In this document: positions 62,041-64,000 of the stretch, piece by piece
How positions within the stretch are numbered: position 1 is the first letter of the stretch
Layout of the letters: each line of letters starts with the position of its first letter
Source: Epiperipatus broadwayi
Taxonomy: Eukaryota; Animalia; Onychophora
Direction of reading: 5' to 3'
Length of the DNA stretch: 64,000 bases
Assembly (NCBI GenBank): GCA_028023455.1
Contig: JAQFVV010000002.1
Coordinates: 8,928,001 to 8,992,000 of the forward strand
Notes under the pieces: generated by a model
Seen by the model: only the letters and a program-made list of their open reading frames with translations
Told to the model about the DNA's origin: nothing
Database searches by the model: none
Made by a program: the position numbers and the translations under genes

Positions 62041-63660
62041 ATGTCTTCATATGCTACGGTTGTACAATCACATAAAACATTATCTAGTTCACAATCAGCT
62101 AATACCAGTTTTTTTGACCCAGTTTGGTCTAATATTTATAATGAAGATGCAGAAGATCAAGAACAAATAATGTTTACTGATGAGTTTTTTTCTGATATAG
62201 ATATGGATGATGGGGAGATTAATGAAATTATCAATGAATTTAATCAAACCATTCCCCATCAACTGTGAAATTCCTTTCTTAATTACTATAATCAGAAGTC
62301 TATTATCTTAGCTGTAATGGATAGAAATAAGAACCTCTTCCACTTTCCCACAAAAAAACTGTGATTATCTGACAGGAAAAGAATTATGGGATCACATACA
62401 CAAGATTCTAAGTCATCCTAATAATAGGTACATCATTATTGAGTGCAAAAACATTTGGCAAAAAAGAATTGTGCAAAGGGCATTGAAATTTTGTGGCAAT
62501 AAACTGATTGTAATAGTGGATATGGATAGGCCCACAATACTGCAGGTCCACATAAGAAATTATATAAATTTTGAAAAACCAAGATTTGCAAAAACTATTG
62601 GAACCCTATGGGATGGGAGAAATGTTTGAGTATATCCTTGGAAAAACATGAAAATAAACCCGTGCTCACAAAGGCAGCCATTTTCACTAATAAAAAGTAT
62701 ACACCCACAGAAGTCCTGAAGCTCCATTGTGCAATGTTGGCCCCCATGCTTTCCGGGAATACCACCTCAGTGCTTTTTGTACTGATTGCAAACTCACTTG
62801 GTGAAGGAGTGTCCACTTAGGATTGGCAATCCTGCAAAGTCAAAAGAACAAAATCTCATCAATGTTATGAGGGCAATATAGATGCCAGACAAACTAGTTT
62901 CCCTACTGAAAAGCAAAATATGCAATCTCAATCTGAGGACCTTATGTTGTTTAGCCAACCAGAGTTGGAGAAGACATCAGTGGTGGAGATTTTAAAACCC
63001 GTTCAAACTTAAGTATTGGACCTTCATGAAACAACCCATTCAGGTCTTGAAGGATATTTCATTCTCACTGGATCAGCATTTAGTTTCTTCAGAAAACAAT
63101 CTATTATGTCAGATGTCGATTCTGACTGCACAATAATGGATGAACCTACAGTGCAACATGGAAAAACAAAAAGAAAAGCCTCCAGGAATGAGAAAAACTT
63201 AAAATCCTTTCACATTCCCTGGATCCCAAGCATGTGTCCAACTATAGCAAGAGCTCCTTGGAAAGTGAGTTTAGTATAAACAAAAATAAGGAGAAAAAAT
63301 TAAAGCCTAGTGATAAAGACAAGGATGGAAAAGTAGAGATTAGTCAAATGGAATGCATGAGGGATCCTATCAGTGTAAACTTATCACAGTCTGTTCTACT
63401 TTTATAGCTGGATTTGAACAAACAGGAACTGTCACTCATGGATGGGATTGAGAATCTTTCTTCTTTAAAGCTGCCTCAAGAGGTAACTGTCAAGTCGACC
63501 ATGTCTCAAGAGGCAACTGTCAAGTCGACCATAGAAGGGACTTGTTAGCTTTAAGTTGTTGATATATTTATCAAGAACATCAGACTGATAAAGGAAAGAG
63601 ACAGTAGACTAGCTCCTCAATGAGCATTCAGGAGCATGTAGGAGATGAGTGACATTGAGA
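62041..63660 (+). pseudogene. Decayed Tx1/L1-like ORF1 (RRM-like region, zinc knuckle and low-complexity tail)
   Basis: ILQVHIRN and NQDLQKLLEPYG (RRM-like), FCTDCKLT...VKECP across a frameshift (CCHC-like), and a basic tail KTKRKAS. LNIWTW near 63680 may be the ORF2 start. Confidence 0.55.
63475..63531 (+). repeat. 30-bp tandem duplication (two units)
   Basis: CTCAAGAGGTAACTGTCAAGTCGACCAT and CTCAAGAGGCAACTGTCAAGTCGACCAT. Confidence 0.85.
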
Positions 63661-64000
63661 TGTCCATAATGAAATAATTAAATATATGGACCTGGGGTGT
63701 ATCCATGCTTAATTTAAATCTATGTATATATTCGTTTTAATGATGAATATAAAGTAATATTATTCATTGTATACCCCATGTTTAAGTTAAATATGTTAGT
63801 TTATATGGTTGGATTTGTTCCTTTGTAACCTTTATAACAATAAAGCTTCCTTTGAAAAAAAAGGAAATTAATATTAAAAAGAATTGTTTATATTTAAAGT
63901 TATTTGTTAGATTTTCATTCTTTTTTCTAAATACACACATGTCAATCAATCATTTTTAGATAAAGATTACAGTTTTTTCATCCAAACACTAATAATGTAA

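Overview
Very AT-rich, CpG-depleted eukaryotic DNA that looks invertebrate or arthropod-like (inference from composition and transposon families). I found no intact host protein-coding gene, no rRNA and no CRISPR array. The window is mostly transposon fossils: the 3' end of a Gypsy-type LTR element (1-~2400); a complete but pseudogenised Buster-type hAT transposon with TIRs and TSD (11770-15400); a near full-length RTEX-like LINE with a PHD + coiled-coil + esterase ORF1 (~23950-28480, minus); several RTE fragments; an 11.3-kb LTR element with very long LTRs (3.7 and 4.6 kb) and no recognisable pol (37000-48264); a Penelope-like element with an inverted second fragment (58040-62030); and a Tx1/L1-like ORF1 (62041-~63660). 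The observations most worth following up are: (i) a ~100-nt tRNA-Gly-derived SINE whose leader and trailer base-pair to extend the acceptor stem; (ii) the giant-LTR, pol-less element encoding a decayed 29-aa-repeat protein; (iii) a ~760-bp foldback homologous to that element's leader; (iv) a 346-bp tandem/inverted unit with a partial hammerhead-like motif inside the Penelope element; (v) a 4-kb AT-rich island that retains CpGs (19.5-23.5 kb). All alignments, counts and translations were done by eye, and boundaries marked ~ are approximate.
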